From Pseudomonadota bacterium (GTDB taxonomy: Bacteria; Pseudomonadota; Gammaproteobacteria; Xanthomonadales; Xanthomonadaceae): DNA of 64,000 nucleotides. Both the position numbers and the translations under genes were made by a program. The DNA lies in the NCBI GenBank assembly GCA_018242465.1, contig JAFEBY010000064.1, positions 426 to 64,425 of the forward strand, in the 5' to 3' direction. The notes under the pieces were generated by a model, which saw only the letters and a program-made list of their open reading frames with translations, was not told the DNA's origin and searched no databases. This document shows positions 41,029 to 50,935 of this stretch, one piece after another (position 1 is the first letter of the stretch; every line of letters begins with the position of its first letter).

Positions 41029-41781
41029 TCAGTGCCGCAGCCAAAGGATTACGCCGATCGCCACTGCCACCCAGACCCACCCGGGAATACCGATCGACTT
41101 TGCGGGCTTCGTTGACTGAAGCTGCGGCTCGAACCGCTGTGGCCGCAATTGTGGTGGGGTTTTCTGTGGGGTCGGACGTGGCGCCGTTGCTGCTTGCACC
41201 CTGGCGCCAATTCCGACGCGGCGCTCCACTTCGCGATTCACCTCAATGCAACGCGTCTCGAGTTGGTCAAAATCTCTCTCATCGCCCTCGACTCGAATCA
41301 CAACGCCCTGTCCTGGGGGATAAAAGCAGACAAAATCGAGCCAACCGCGCTGGCAGACCCACATTTGCCCCTGCACCTGCCAACGATAGCGGGAAGGAAG
41401 CTCCCGGGTACTCATCACTTGCCTGAAGCCTTTGACCTGCGGGCACTTGATTTCAATCAACCCATCATCGCCAACCAAGCCATCCGGTGAAACACCGACA
41501 AAACTGTGCACGGGGTGCACCACGAAGCCGATTTCGCTGACCCGATGTCCATGTTCTCGCACGTACCACTTGCGAGCCATGGCCTCATGATCGATGCCCC
41601 ACTGCATCGCCGCGCTTACATACCCGCGGTCCCTGCTGGTTCCTACTTTGCGTTCTTCAATCAGTTCGGCAATCAGTCCGCAATACGCATCAGAATTCCT
41701 GGTCGCCATGGCGCGTGCAAAGCGTGAGCCTGTGATTCTTCCCGCCCGTTCTCGATACCAAGCTTCAGTTCTCTGTTGCAC
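41029..41781 (-). CDS. YqaJ/lambda-exonuclease family protein with C-terminal membrane anchor
   Basis: QRTEAWYRERAGRITGS, AMQWG..HE, SPDG, IEIKCP, QVQGQM; Pro/Gln linker then IPGWVWVAVAIGVILWLRH. Confidence 0.88.
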   Translation of the reverse strand: MQQRTEAWYRERAGRITGSRFARAMATRNSDAYCGLIAELIEERKVGTSRDRGYVSAAMQWGIDHEAMARKWYVREHGHRVSEIGFVVHPVHSFVGVSPDGLVGDDGLIEIKCPQVKGFRQVMSTRELPSRYRWQVQGQMWVCQRGWLDFVCFYPPGQGVVIRVEGDERDFDQLETRCIEVNREVERRVGIGARVQAATAPRPTPQKTPPQLRPQRFEPQLQSTKPAKSIGIPGWVWVAVAIGVILWLRH

Positions 41782-41786
41782 AGCAG

Positions 41787-42041
41787 CTAAGATTCCTGAG
41801 CCGGCTCGTCGGGCTCCAAGTCGTAATCAGCCTCTTTCCAGGAAATCTGATTGTTCCAATCCAGAAGAAACTCTTCCCACTTCGGATTGGTGCGCAGGTC
41901 GACAAGCAGTTCTACCCATCTTTCAGTAGCATCGGCAACCCTTCCCATGTCCTCTTCGGATGGGGAGAGGGGATTGGGCAGTTTGCTGATCAACAGCGGG
42001 ACGAGCGCTCTTACAAAGTCGCGTTCCCCATAGCCACGCAT
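41787..42041 (-). CDS. Small hypothetical protein with acidic tail
   Basis: Strong GAGGAGG RBS; stop 5 bp before the YqaJ start. Confidence 0.65.
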   Translation of the reverse strand: MRGYGERDFVRALVPLLISKLPNPLSPSEEDMGRVADATERWVELLVDLRTNPKWEEFLLDWNNQISWKEADYDLEPDEPAQES

Positions 42042-42051
42042 TTGAACCTCC

Positions 42052-42355
42052 TCAGATCGTGAACCTGAATTTGTTAAATAACACGTGCCCTGGTTCTGAA
42101 TACACCAGAACGCGACTCCCCCTATTAATAGGTCCCCAACAATTTGATCGCGCTCCCAAGTGGAATCTCGGCGCTTCCCGATTGGTGAACCTCTGCTTCT
42201 ACCAATACTCTGCTATCCGGAGTGCCCGTGATGCCTAATGATGTTCCGGCCACCATGACTGTGACTAGCGATTCTCGCATTGACTTATAACGGCGAGCTG
42301 GCTGCAGCCGCTTCGAAGCTAGTTTCAGGGTGGCAGCATCGAAAGCGACCTTCAT
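42052..42355 (-). pseudogene. Small gene with apparent 1-nt frameshift (weak resemblance to the beta-clamp N-terminal domain)
   Basis: Starts 2 bp after the Type ISP stop and stops at 42125. The +1 frame continues NRGSRVLVYSEPGHVLFNKFRFTI to a TGA overlapping the next RBS. Confidence 0.45.
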
Positions 42356-42357
42356 TT

Positions 42358-45300
42358 TTAACCGTCCTCACGAATGTCGAGGGTAGGTAACCCACGCACG
42401 ATCTTCTGCGTTTCAAGGCTAACGGTCACCACACGCTGGAACAGCTCAAGTGGGTACTGCGGATTACCCATGGTCTCGATGGCCCAGTCGTTAGCGTCGT
42501 TGACAATACCGCTAGCCTTGTCTTCACGCACGGCCTGCCGTTCCATCACCCAGTCTAGTGCGGCCTTGCCGTTGACAACGTAATCCCAAGCGGCATCAGG
42601 GATACCAGCCATGGTGATCTTGTTGTTGTAGATGACGGTACTACGGTCATTGACGCTCTTGCCGGTTTCCGGATCTTTCTTCTTGCCGAATTTCATCTTC
42701 TCTACGCGATAGTCGGCGTCGGTGAGCTTACCCTTGGCCTCGATGATCAGTGGGTACTTATCGATGGTTTCGTAGTTCAAATGAAGCTCGGCCAAATCGC
42801 GACCTGCCTTGCTGAAATGCCAGAAATCCTCCGCCTTACGCACGCGCGGGATACGCGGCAGTTCCTTATTGAGGTTGTCGGCGTAGCGTTCGCGATAGTC
42901 AGGTGAATGAAGGATGCCGTAGATGTAATAGAACAGGTCTTCCTTGCTGATTGATTCATCAGGGTAGGCAGACTGGATATGAGCGAACCCGCTGTCGGTG
43001 ATGGCGTCGCGACGGCGTGGTCCATTACTCGGCTTGTCGGCGAACAGGCTGTCATCCAATTGCTGGGCGGCTTCATCGTAGAGGTAGAGAGGGAAGCATT
43101 GACCCTTTTCGATATTGTCGAGGCAGGGCAATGCGCTGGAGATCAGTACAGAGAAACTTCGAGAACCTGAGCCAGACAGTTGGATCACGAGATTATCAGC
43201 CTGTGCATCCGGGAAGATACGCGGCATCTGGTAGACCATTTCGTTAAACCGGCGGTTGAAGTACAACCACTGCTTGGTAAACGGACGATACAGGCTAGGG
43301 GTGATGCATTCAGAATCGAATGCGTATCTGCGATCCTTCCCCAAGTCTTGCTTCAATGCCCGTGTCCAACTGATTCGCGTTGGATCCGCGTCAATAAAAG
43401 CGTCCACCTTTTCCTGTCGCGCCTTGGTATCCAGCCTGGCATGGGCATCGTAGAATCGCGCCACCTCCGTGTTATAAAACGCGATCATGCTGCTCATGTT
43501 TCTCATCAGCTTGGTCATGCTCTGGTTGTACGCCCAAGCATCGCGATTCGTGACTACCCCAAGTGAGAAGTTGTCGAACAACTTCAGTTCATCGCCTTTC
43601 TTGTCCCCTAGTGCCACGAAGCGTCCAAAACTATCGTCACGCTGTCTGAGCCAGTCTCCATGCTCATCCGGAGTGATGGCCTGCCATGCATCGACGGGGA
43701 TGCCGGCCACGCTGGCATAGCCCGCAATCTTTTCCAGCTTTTCCTCGCGGCTAAGGTAGTCGCCGATATCGTGAAGATGGATTTGACCTTGTTCGCTTGC
43801 GCTCGGATTCTTTACCAGCAGCGAGATGGCAATCGGCGCGCGGCTGCCGCTGCCAAAAATCTTGCCGCCTTCCTTGCGCGAGGTTTCGCCACTAGTACGC
43901 TGGTTGCCGCGCAAATGGAAAACATACAGGCTGGAGAATTCCTCTGCCAAACAGTTGCGCAGACCATCCGTCGTATTGGCCTCAAGAAAGCCGGCGTTGG
44001 TGACAAAGCCGATGATGCCGGCATCGCCGATGCGGTCGCTGGCCCAACGTATGGCGCGGATGTAGCTGTCGTACAACCCCTTTGAAAGAACCGCTTCGGA
44101 TCGAGCAGCATAGGTATCGCGGATGCGGGCATCCAACGCCAAGTATTCCACATTGTCGTTGTTGTCATTCTCGCTCTTCTGTCCGATCGAATACGGTGGA
44201 TTACCCACAATCACCCGGATATCCAACTGCTTCTGCCGCTTGCGCCGCTTGCTGTTGTCGACCAGCAACGCATCCACCAGATCGTCCTTCTCGTACATCT
44301 GGAAGGTATCGGTTAGGCAGATACCTTCGAAAGGCACGTAGTGCCCGCCGACGATGCTGTGGTACGTCGCCTCGATGTTGATCGCCGCAATGTAGTAAGC
44401 CAACAACACGATCTCATTGGCGTGAATCTCGTTTTTGTACTTGTATGCCAGCTCTTCCGGCTTGACTAGACCTGATTGCAGTAACCGGGTGATGAACGTA
44501 CCCGTGCCAGTGAACGGATCGAGAATATGCACACCTTTGCTGCCCAAGGTCTGCCCGAACTCTTGCCGTAGCAAGTGATCGACACTATGCAGAATGAAAT
44601 CCACCACCTCGACCGGGGTATAGACGATCCCCAAGCGCTCGGTCATCTTCGGGAAGGCATTGCGGAAGAACTTGTCGTACAGCTCGACCACGATCTTCTG
44701 TTTGCCAGCCGCGTTGTCGATGCCCTCAGCACGCAGCTTCACGCTTTCGTAGAACGCCTGCAGCGTTGAGGCTTCCTTCTCCAACCGCTGCTCATCCAGA
44801 ACATCCAAAACCGCCTGCATTGCCTGAGACATCGGGTTGTGGCTGGCAAAGCTGTAGTCAGCGAATAAAGCGTCGAACACCGGTTTGGTGATCAGATGTT
44901 GGGCCAACATCTCGATGATTTCGGCATCGCTGACCTTGTCATTGAGGTCGTCGCGCAGTTCCTCGGCAAACGCATTGAAGGCCTTGCGCGCTTTCGGTTG
45001 GCTTTCATCCTCAAGCACGGCTTTGATGCGATCGATATGCGTCTGAGCGATCTTCGCGATGTCATTGGCCCAGTCCTCCCAGTGGTGTCGATTGCCGCAC
45101 TTCTCGACCACTTTCGCGTACAGCGCACGCTCGATTTCCCCAACCTCGAATTCCAGCTGCGCCTGGTCGGGGGCAGGCCCGTACACTTCAGCTTTCTCTC
45201 CTATGGCGTACTTGCCCTTAGCCTTGCCGGCCTTGGCGCTGCTATCAGTGAGCCGTGCGGCTTTGCGTTGCACCGTGTCCGCAATGGCGACGACTTCCAT

Positions 45301-47277
45301 CCGCGTACGATCCGGGCCGACCAAGTCGAGCTTATTAACCATGGCATCGAAGCGATCGTCATGCGAACGCAACGCCTGCAGCACTTGCCAGACCACCTTG
45401 TAGGTCTGGTTGTCGTTCAGCGCATCGTGCGGCTCAACACCAGCGGGAATAACGACTGGCAACACCACGTAACCGCGCTTCTTTCCCGGAGAGTTGCGCA
45501 TGACGCGACCGACAGACTGAACCACGTCTACCTGCGAATTACGCGGAGTGAGGAAAAGCACGGCATCGAGCGCGGGCACGTCCACGCCTTCGGATAGGCA
45601 ACGCACGTTGCTCAGCACCCGGCAGGTGTCGGGTGGCGTAGGAGCCTTCAACCAATCCAGTTTGGCTTCCTTCTCTCCGGCATTCATCCCGCCATCCACA
45701 TGCTCTGCCTGGCAAGTCAGGCGGGCGGCGTCCTCGATGTCATCCGCATCCTGATAGGCCTCGACCACGGCCTGGAACATGCCGGCGATTTCCTTGGAGC
45801 TGACCTTATGCGTCTTGCCGCCTTTGCCCGGTTCGATGACCTGACAGAATGCAACGGCGCGCTTCATAGGCTCGGGACTTTCGTTACCGTCCTCGTGAAT
45901 GCCCAGTTTTGCTAGCGCCTTCCAGCACCCGACGATCTTGGCCGCATCATCCACGCGCAGGGTGTTGCTCTCGTCCTTCAACAGGTTTTGCAGGCGGCGG
46001 TTGATATGGCTCTCTTCTACAGCCAGCACGATCACCTTGTAGTCCACCAGCAGACCACGCTTCACCGCCTCGGAGAAGCTGATGAGGAACAACTGCTTGC
46101 CGTACCAGGCCTCATTGTCCATGGAGTACAGCGCCACGTTGTCGCGCTCGGCCACGGCCTTGGCGGTATCTGCATAAATCCTTGGAGTCGCCGTCATATA
46201 CATGCGCTTTGCAGCGCGGATGTAGTCGGCATCGTGGACTCGCACGAATGCGCTCTCGTCGTCACCTTCGAAGGTGGCTCCAGTTGTGCGATGGGCTTCA
46301 TCGCAGACGATCAGGTCGAAATCCGCCAGTCCGTGGTTATGCTGGGCGTCGTGAATGACCTCAATAGAGTGGTAAGTACTGAAGACGACGGTCATGTGTT
46401 CGTCGTCTTGGCGAGCTGCAACGGTTTTCGCCAACGCTTTGGCATCGGTGGTGGCCGGATACCGTAGTTCGTGAGTGAAGGTCTGGACGGCATCGTCCTC
46501 TTTGCGCCCTCCCTTTTTGCCGACATCGCTATCGGAACAGACTGCAAAACTATGTAGTGGGATGCTGCTTTCCTGTGTCCACTCGGTCAGGGTCTGGGAA
46601 AGTAACGACAAGCTGGGCACCAGAAATAGGACGCGCTTGCCCTTGCCGGCCATGGCCTCAGCGATCTTGAGGCTGGTGAAGGTCTTGCCTGTACCGCAGG
46701 CCATGATCAGCTTGCCGCGATCGGCACCCTGCAAGCCGACAGTCACCGCCTTCAGTGCTGATTGCTGATGCGGCAGTAGGGTTTTCTTTGGCTTGAGGCT
46801 GACCTTTGCCTTCGACTGATACTTCGCCCAATCGACCTGGCTTTCCTCTAGGTCGTGCAAGGTGATCTTGCTGACCGGCGGCTGTTGGTCGACAAGCGCG
46901 TTCTCAGCATGTTCCGACCAATGGTCAGTGCTGCTAACGATAATCCGGTGAGCAAACGGCTTGCGACCAGACGCAGTGAAGAAGCTGTCGATATCCTTCT
47001 TCTGCAATTTGTAGTCGGTGGCGTAGAACTTGCACTGGATAGCATGGATTTCTCCGGTTCCTGCCACCTCAGCGACCAAGTCGATGCCGTCGTCCTTGGC
47101 AGTGAAGCCGTTGTTCGGAGCCCATTCGGCCCACGTCCAGACCTTGCTGTAGAGATCCTTGTATGTGGCTTCGTTTCGCAGGTACGCGAGGATCAACTCT
47201 TCGAAGTACGTACCTTTTTCGCGCTCGGTTACGGCTGCGGTTCGATAGGTTTCGAGGAGTTTGGAAAGTGGAGTCAT
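42358..47277 (-). CDS. Type ISP restriction-modification enzyme (Mrr nuclease-SF2 helicase-N6 MTase-TRD; LlaGI/LlaBIII-like)
   Basis: DGIDLV..AIQCKFY, MACGTGKT, DEAHRT, VQSVGRVMR, LGIVYTP, DPFTGTGTF, GNPPY; 1639 aa. Confidence 0.93.
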   Translation of the reverse strand: MTPLSKLLETYRTAAVTEREKGTYFEELILAYLRNEATYKDLYSKVWTWAEWAPNNGFTAKDDGIDLVAEVAGTGEIHAIQCKFYATDYKLQKKDIDSFFTASGRKPFAHRIIVSSTDHWSEHAENALVDQQPPVSKITLHDLEESQVDWAKYQSKAKVSLKPKKTLLPHQQSALKAVTVGLQGADRGKLIMACGTGKTFTSLKIAEAMAGKGKRVLFLVPSLSLLSQTLTEWTQESSIPLHSFAVCSDSDVGKKGGRKEDDAVQTFTHELRYPATTDAKALAKTVAARQDDEHMTVVFSTYHSIEVIHDAQHNHGLADFDLIVCDEAHRTTGATFEGDDESAFVRVHDADYIRAAKRMYMTATPRIYADTAKAVAERDNVALYSMDNEAWYGKQLFLISFSEAVKRGLLVDYKVIVLAVEESHINRRLQNLLKDESNTLRVDDAAKIVGCWKALAKLGIHEDGNESPEPMKRAVAFCQVIEPGKGGKTHKVSSKEIAGMFQAVVEAYQDADDIEDAARLTCQAEHVDGGMNAGEKEAKLDWLKAPTPPDTCRVLSNVRCLSEGVDVPALDAVLFLTPRNSQVDVVQSVGRVMRNSPGKKRGYVVLPVVIPAGVEPHDALNDNQTYKVVWQVLQALRSHDDRFDAMVNKLDLVGPDRTRMEVVAIADTVQRKAARLTDSSAKAGKAKGKYAIGEKAEVYGPAPDQAQLEFEVGEIERALYAKVVEKCGNRHHWEDWANDIAKIAQTHIDRIKAVLEDESQPKARKAFNAFAEELRDDLNDKVSDAEIIEMLAQHLITKPVFDALFADYSFASHNPMSQAMQAVLDVLDEQRLEKEASTLQAFYESVKLRAEGIDNAAGKQKIVVELYDKFFRNAFPKMTERLGIVYTPVEVVDFILHSVDHLLRQEFGQTLGSKGVHILDPFTGTGTFITRLLQSGLVKPEELAYKYKNEIHANEIVLLAYYIAAINIEATYHSIVGGHYVPFEGICLTDTFQMYEKDDLVDALLVDNSKRRKRQKQLDIRVIVGNPPYSIGQKSENDNNDNVEYLALDARIRDTYAARSEAVLSKGLYDSYIRAIRWASDRIGDAGIIGFVTNAGFLEANTTDGLRNCLAEEFSSLYVFHLRGNQRTSGETSRKEGGKIFGSGSRAPIAISLLVKNPSASEQGQIHLHDIGDYLSREEKLEKIAGYASVAGIPVDAWQAITPDEHGDWLRQRDDSFGRFVALGDKKGDELKLFDNFSLGVVTNRDAWAYNQSMTKLMRNMSSMIAFYNTEVARFYDAHARLDTKARQEKVDAFIDADPTRISWTRALKQDLGKDRRYAFDSECITPSLYRPFTKQWLYFNRRFNEMVYQMPRIFPDAQADNLVIQLSGSGSRSFSVLISSALPCLDNIEKGQCFPLYLYDEAAQQLDDSLFADKPSNGPRRRDAITDSGFAHIQSAYPDESISKEDLFYYIYGILHSPDYRERYADNLNKELPRIPRVRKAEDFWHFSKAGRDLAELHLNYETIDKYPLIIEAKGKLTDADYRVEKMKFGKKKDPETGKSVNDRSTVIYNNKITMAGIPDAAWDYVVNGKAALDWVMERQAVREDKASGIVNDANDWAIETMGNPQYPLELFQRVVTVSLETQKIVRGLPTLDIREDG

Positions 47278-47583
47278 GGAGCCCAACCCTGCTGCAAGTC
47301 AAATTAGGTACGTTCAGGGCACAACGCGACGGACCGAAATTCAGGAAAACCAGAATCCCCCCGGACTTTGCACCACACCCTCAGATTCTAGGTCCCGCCA
47401 AGGAAAAGGGCGAGGTGGAGGGTTAATTTGATGTGGGGGCCTACGCCCCAAGCCTGGATATTGGACATCTCGCCTGAAATTGAACCCAAACAGCCGATTC
47501 CCCTCGCCAAAACGCACAGAATCGAGGATTTGGGTAAGCGGAAGGTCTTCACGATGGACATCACCAAGTCGTGAGGGTTAGCA

Positions 47584-47793
47584 ATGAGCATCAGAATTTT
47601 GAGGATCAAGGACGTATGCCAGCTGCTGGGAGTGTCCCGGTCGACGTTTTATCAACTTCGCGTTACGGCGGACTTCCCACCCGCAATCCCTTTGCATAAG
47701 CGTGTAGTCGGCTGGCAGGAGAGCGACATCGAGGCGTTCGTGCGATCAAGGATCGAGGGTCAAGGGCCCAAGTCGGGGGAAAGGGATGAATGA
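47584..47793 (+). CDS. AlpA-family regulator / recombination directionality factor
   Basis: LRIKDVCQLLGVSRSTFY...FPPAI.L..RVVGWQESDI. Confidence 0.9.
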   Translation: MSIRILRIKDVCQLLGVSRSTFYQLRVTADFPPAIPLHKRVVGWQESDIEAFVRSRIEGQGPKSGERDE

Positions 47794-48295
47794 CCGACAC
47801 CTGGTGGGAGAGCCGTTCTCAAGACCACTTTGGGTCATAAACGCGCTCCTAGATGAGCACAAGCGCTACCTCATGGCTATTGAGACTGAAATGCTTGAGT
47901 TCTACGAGCGGTGCAAAAGAGAGCGTAAGCAGAGATATCTCGAAATTTGCGAGAGATATGGGAAAAAGTGTGCGAAGAGCAAGTTCGTCGTTATTTACCA
48001 CAACACCAAGGGGTATCCGAGTCTCGGTTGGGGGAAATTCAAGTATTACCGGGGGAAACGCAGCAAGTTTCCTCATCGAATCAGCAATGTCGGGCTGACC
48101 TACAACTTGGGGACGATTCGTGCTGGTGCTCATCCAGATGAAATCGATCTGATCGATGCTCACGAAATCCAAGCGCGCAGGCTCAGGGCTGTTCAAAAAG
48201 GGGGTCTGGAGCTCGGTCGTTTGCTGAAACGCGAACACGCTGCGGCGCAACGCCTTGCTGACTTGTGGGGTGATCCCATGATCCAAAGGGCTTGA
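47786..48295 (+). CDS. Hypothetical protein resembling the MobI mobilization family
   Basis: Basic ~170 aa; pattern SLGW...Y....I...A.PDE...I..HE..A..LR recalled from MobI; coupled to alpA. Confidence 0.5.
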   Translation: MNDRHLVGEPFSRPLWVINALLDEHKRYLMAIETEMLEFYERCKRERKQRYLEICERYGKKCAKSKFVVIYHNTKGYPSLGWGKFKYYRGKRSKFPHRISNVGLTYNLGTIRAGAHPDEIDLIDAHEIQARRLRAVQKGGLELGRLLKREHAAAQRLADLWGDPMIQRA

Positions 48296-48401
48296 GCTAA
48301 AGAATGACTGCAGTAGGTTATCGGTCGGCCAACTTATTTGTAGAAATGAAGAAATGGGCCCAAAGATTTGGGCCCATTGCTCGATGGCGACAGCATCCCC
48401 G

Positions 48402-48767
48402 TTAGTTAGTCTTTTTACGTTGCTTACTGGACTTCAAATTCAGATAAAGGTGACCCAATGCCATCATGACTTCAAAGTTGGCGTTGTACAGATGATTCAA
48501 TGCTACGCCGGTAGGCTTCAGATTTGGAGCCAACACCGGATTCGCGTCGTCGCTATTTGAGGCCTCCTGCGGCGAATACATCTCTGCCAAACCGAATTCA
48601 TGTCCGTCTGTGAGATCTTCAAACACTTTGCCCGAGATCGTCCTTTTGATCTGCCGCACCATCTGAATTGACTCCGTGAGTTTGACTTCAGCCTCAACAG
48701 TTTTCTGAATCAACTCAACGGCATCTGGCTTCAGTTTTGTTGGCAGCATATTTTTCCTTTTCTTCAC
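48402..48767 (-). CDS. Hypothetical protein
   Basis: GGAG RBS before GTG; 121-aa ORF. Confidence 0.5.
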   Translation of the reverse strand: MKKRKNMLPTKLKPDAVELIQKTVEAEVKLTESIQMVRQIKRTISGKVFEDLTDGHEFGLAEMYSPQEASNSDDANPVLAPNLKPTGVALNHLYNANFEVMMALGHLYLNLKSSKQRKKTN

Positions 48768-49004
48768 TTCGATTACTCCATGTGGGGTGCCATCAATTCT
48801 GATCCCCGAAAAAGTACTGAAACCCCCGATTCTGTTCGTTTTCCAGCATAGAATCCCGGGTTTCGTTGCGAAGGCGCGTCACATTTGACGAGAAGCCCCC
48901 GAATTGGCGGTCAAAAGTTAAGCGTTCCCTAGTCGACCCCTCTTGGTTTTTGCTCGGGCGCTCAACGTGGTATAGGCGAATGGTGTTTCTTACAGCATTG
49001 GACG

Positions 49005-49541
49005 ATGAACACCCGATCTCACGCCGAAAATAAAATTGGTGCAGGCAGAAGTCTGTTGCCTATCAAGGATCAACGCGCGATCTCAATCGCTGCCATCCCA
49101 AGCGTCTTGATGGCAATGGCCATGATCGCAAGCTCCAGCAAACCTGCTTCAATCCTCGGCATCATGATCCTGGCATGGCTGTCAAACGCCGTCGGAAAGC
49201 AGCAACAGGTTGCCTGGTCGCAGCGAATCCGAGCATTTGCCAATGGCCAGCGTGGCGACGGTCAGATTGGGGTTGCTACCTCATCAATAATGCGTTGCGG
49301 TGTCCTGTCGCGACGAATCGCAATAATGTGGAAGTTCACCTTGCCGATTGTGCTGATGGTCATTGCAACGTTTGAGCTTGGAATTCTCCTTGCACCATCG
49401 GAACAAAAACCTGAATTCACCGATCTAAAAATCATTTTTCTTTTGATTCTTTTGGTGTGCGGCGCGCGCGACTTCATTTGGCGGAAGAAGCTTCAAGCCG
49501 CCTTCGCGTCGTTGGAGCGTTCTTCTACCTCAGCAGCCTGA
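49005..49541 (+). CDS. Hypothetical membrane protein (about 4 TM)
   Basis: Four hydrophobic stretches; 3' end overlaps the integrase end. Confidence 0.45.
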   Translation: MNTRSHAENKIGAGRSLLPIKDQRAISIAAIPSVLMAMAMIASSSKPASILGIMILAWLSNAVGKQQQVAWSQRIRAFANGQRGDGQIGVATSSIMRCGVLSRRIAIMWKFTLPIVLMVIATFELGILLAPSEQKPEFTDLKIIFLLILLVCGARDFIWRKKLQAAFASLERSSTSAA

Positions 49542-50734
49542 TCTGCTTTCAACAAATCATCCAAGAGGTCAGCCCACTGCTGCATGACGACTGCGCGACG
49601 TGCCAGCAATTTTGTGCGGTTATATGCGCGTTGGGTCTGATTGCCGACCGTATGCGCAAGCTGCGCTTCCAGTACGTCAATGTCCTCGTCAAACTCTTCG
49701 CGAGCAATCGATCGGAAGGTTGCGCGGAAACCGTGTGGCGTCTGCTCTCCTTTAAGCCCCGCATTTCGCAGGGCCTTGCTCAGCGTGTCCCTATGTAGGT
49801 GCGGTGTCTTTCGCATTGAGATCGCTGGAAAGATGTAATCGTTGTCCTTCACTCTCCATGTCGCGGCGAGTTCGAAAATCGCACACAGTTGTCGGGTGAT
49901 CGGAATGGTGTGCTCTTCACCGACCTTCATCTCATTCCCCGGAATCGTCCATGTGTTTGTTTCCAGGTCCATCATTGACCAACGTGCGCTGACGACATTT
50001 GACGGTCGAAGGGACGTCAGCGCTGCCGTTTGGAGTGCGGCCTCGAGGATAGGGTCGTCGACTTCTGCAATCAGCTGCAGCACGCGACGCAAGCCGGTTT
50101 TGGTGATGACCGCAGGTACGGATGTGGCCTTGGGCAGCGCAACCGTCCCCCGTAGCGAGAGCAGCTTCCCGTCCTCCCTGAGCCCCTTCTTGATCGCGTG
50201 GTCCACCATTTGCGCGAGATAGGACTGCGCCTTCTGCGCCATGTGCGGGGCCCGCGCTGCGATCGCGTCCAGGGCGGACACCGCATCCGGAGTCCTGAGC
50301 GTCTCGATCCGGGTGTGGCCCAAAAGGGGAATCAGGTCACCCACTACGATCGTGGTCATCTTCTGGAAGGTTTTGGGTGCGGCGGTGGCCTTCTTTTGGG
50401 CGAGCCAAGCACGAGCGAAGACCTCGAAGTCGCCGCTCTTGGCCACCTCCAGAGCGCTGCGCTTGGCCCGCTGGGTGGCGACCGGGTCGGTCCCCGCCAA
50501 CACCAGGCTCCTGGCTTCAAAGTGGGCCCTACGAGCGCCCTCAAGCGTCAGATAGGGGAAGCGCCCCAGCGATATTAGTCGCGGGGCACCAGCGACCCTG
50601 TAGCGGTATTTCCAGAGCTTGGAGCCGCTGGGGGTGATCTCGATACAGAGGCCCGCGCCATCGGGCACGCGATACGGTTTTTCGCGAGGCTGGAGGCTGT
50701 TGAGGCGGCTGATCGTGAGCTTGTGTATCGTCAT
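49493..50734 (-). CDS. int: P4-type tyrosine integrase
   Basis: Arm-binding DGAGL.I.ITPSGSK.W.YRYR, LG.FP.L.L..AR; catalytic R (LRP), K (MK), HGFR, LAH, Y (AYNR). Confidence 0.95.
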   Translation of the reverse strand: MTIHKLTISRLNSLQPREKPYRVPDGAGLCIEITPSGSKLWKYRYRVAGAPRLISLGRFPYLTLEGARRAHFEARSLVLAGTDPVATQRAKRSALEVAKSGDFEVFARAWLAQKKATAAPKTFQKMTTIVVGDLIPLLGHTRIETLRTPDAVSALDAIAARAPHMAQKAQSYLAQMVDHAIKKGLREDGKLLSLRGTVALPKATSVPAVITKTGLRRVLQLIAEVDDPILEAALQTAALTSLRPSNVVSARWSMMDLETNTWTIPGNEMKVGEEHTIPITRQLCAIFELAATWRVKDNDYIFPAISMRKTPHLHRDTLSKALRNAGLKGEQTPHGFRATFRSIAREEFDEDIDVLEAQLAHTVGNQTQRAYNRTKLLARRAVVMQQWADLLDDLLKADQAAEVEERSNDAKAA

Positions 50735-50889
50735 GGCGATACACAAATTGATACACAGGAGGGGAAATACGCTACTGGACAATCGAGAACGTCTTTGGAC
50801 GACTCATTCGCCCAACATTCTGATTTTTCTGGGTTTCCCCGTCCGCGCCGGACATCCTTGGACGTCCCTGAACATGCCATTTTGATAAA

Positions 50890-50935
50890 TGGCGCCCGAA
50901 GTTGGACTCGAACCAACGACCCCCTGATTAACAGT
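50890..50935 (-). tRNA. 3' fragment of tRNA-Asn(GTT): anticodon loop to CCA (att junction between islands 1 and 2)
   Basis: Reverse complement ACTGTTAATCAGGGGGTCGTTGGTTCGAGTCCAACTTCGGGCGCCA; 5' half and D-arm absent. Confidence 0.9.

Larger units (their letters stand above)
14136..50911. mobile_element. Genomic island 1 (~36.7 kb) integrated at tRNA-Asn; defence/SOS cargo
   Basis: 23-bp flanking direct repeats, P4-type integrase next to the tRNA-proximal repeat, AlpA, more AT-rich cargo than the core genes. Confidence 0.88.

Noticed and set aside
41029-41781. Prophage Red-like recombination module
   Set aside because: No annealase, SSB or phage structural genes nearby.
50890-50935. Intact tRNA-Asn gene
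   Set aside because: Similarity stops at the anticodon arm; no D-arm or 5' acceptor strand, so it is an att remnant.
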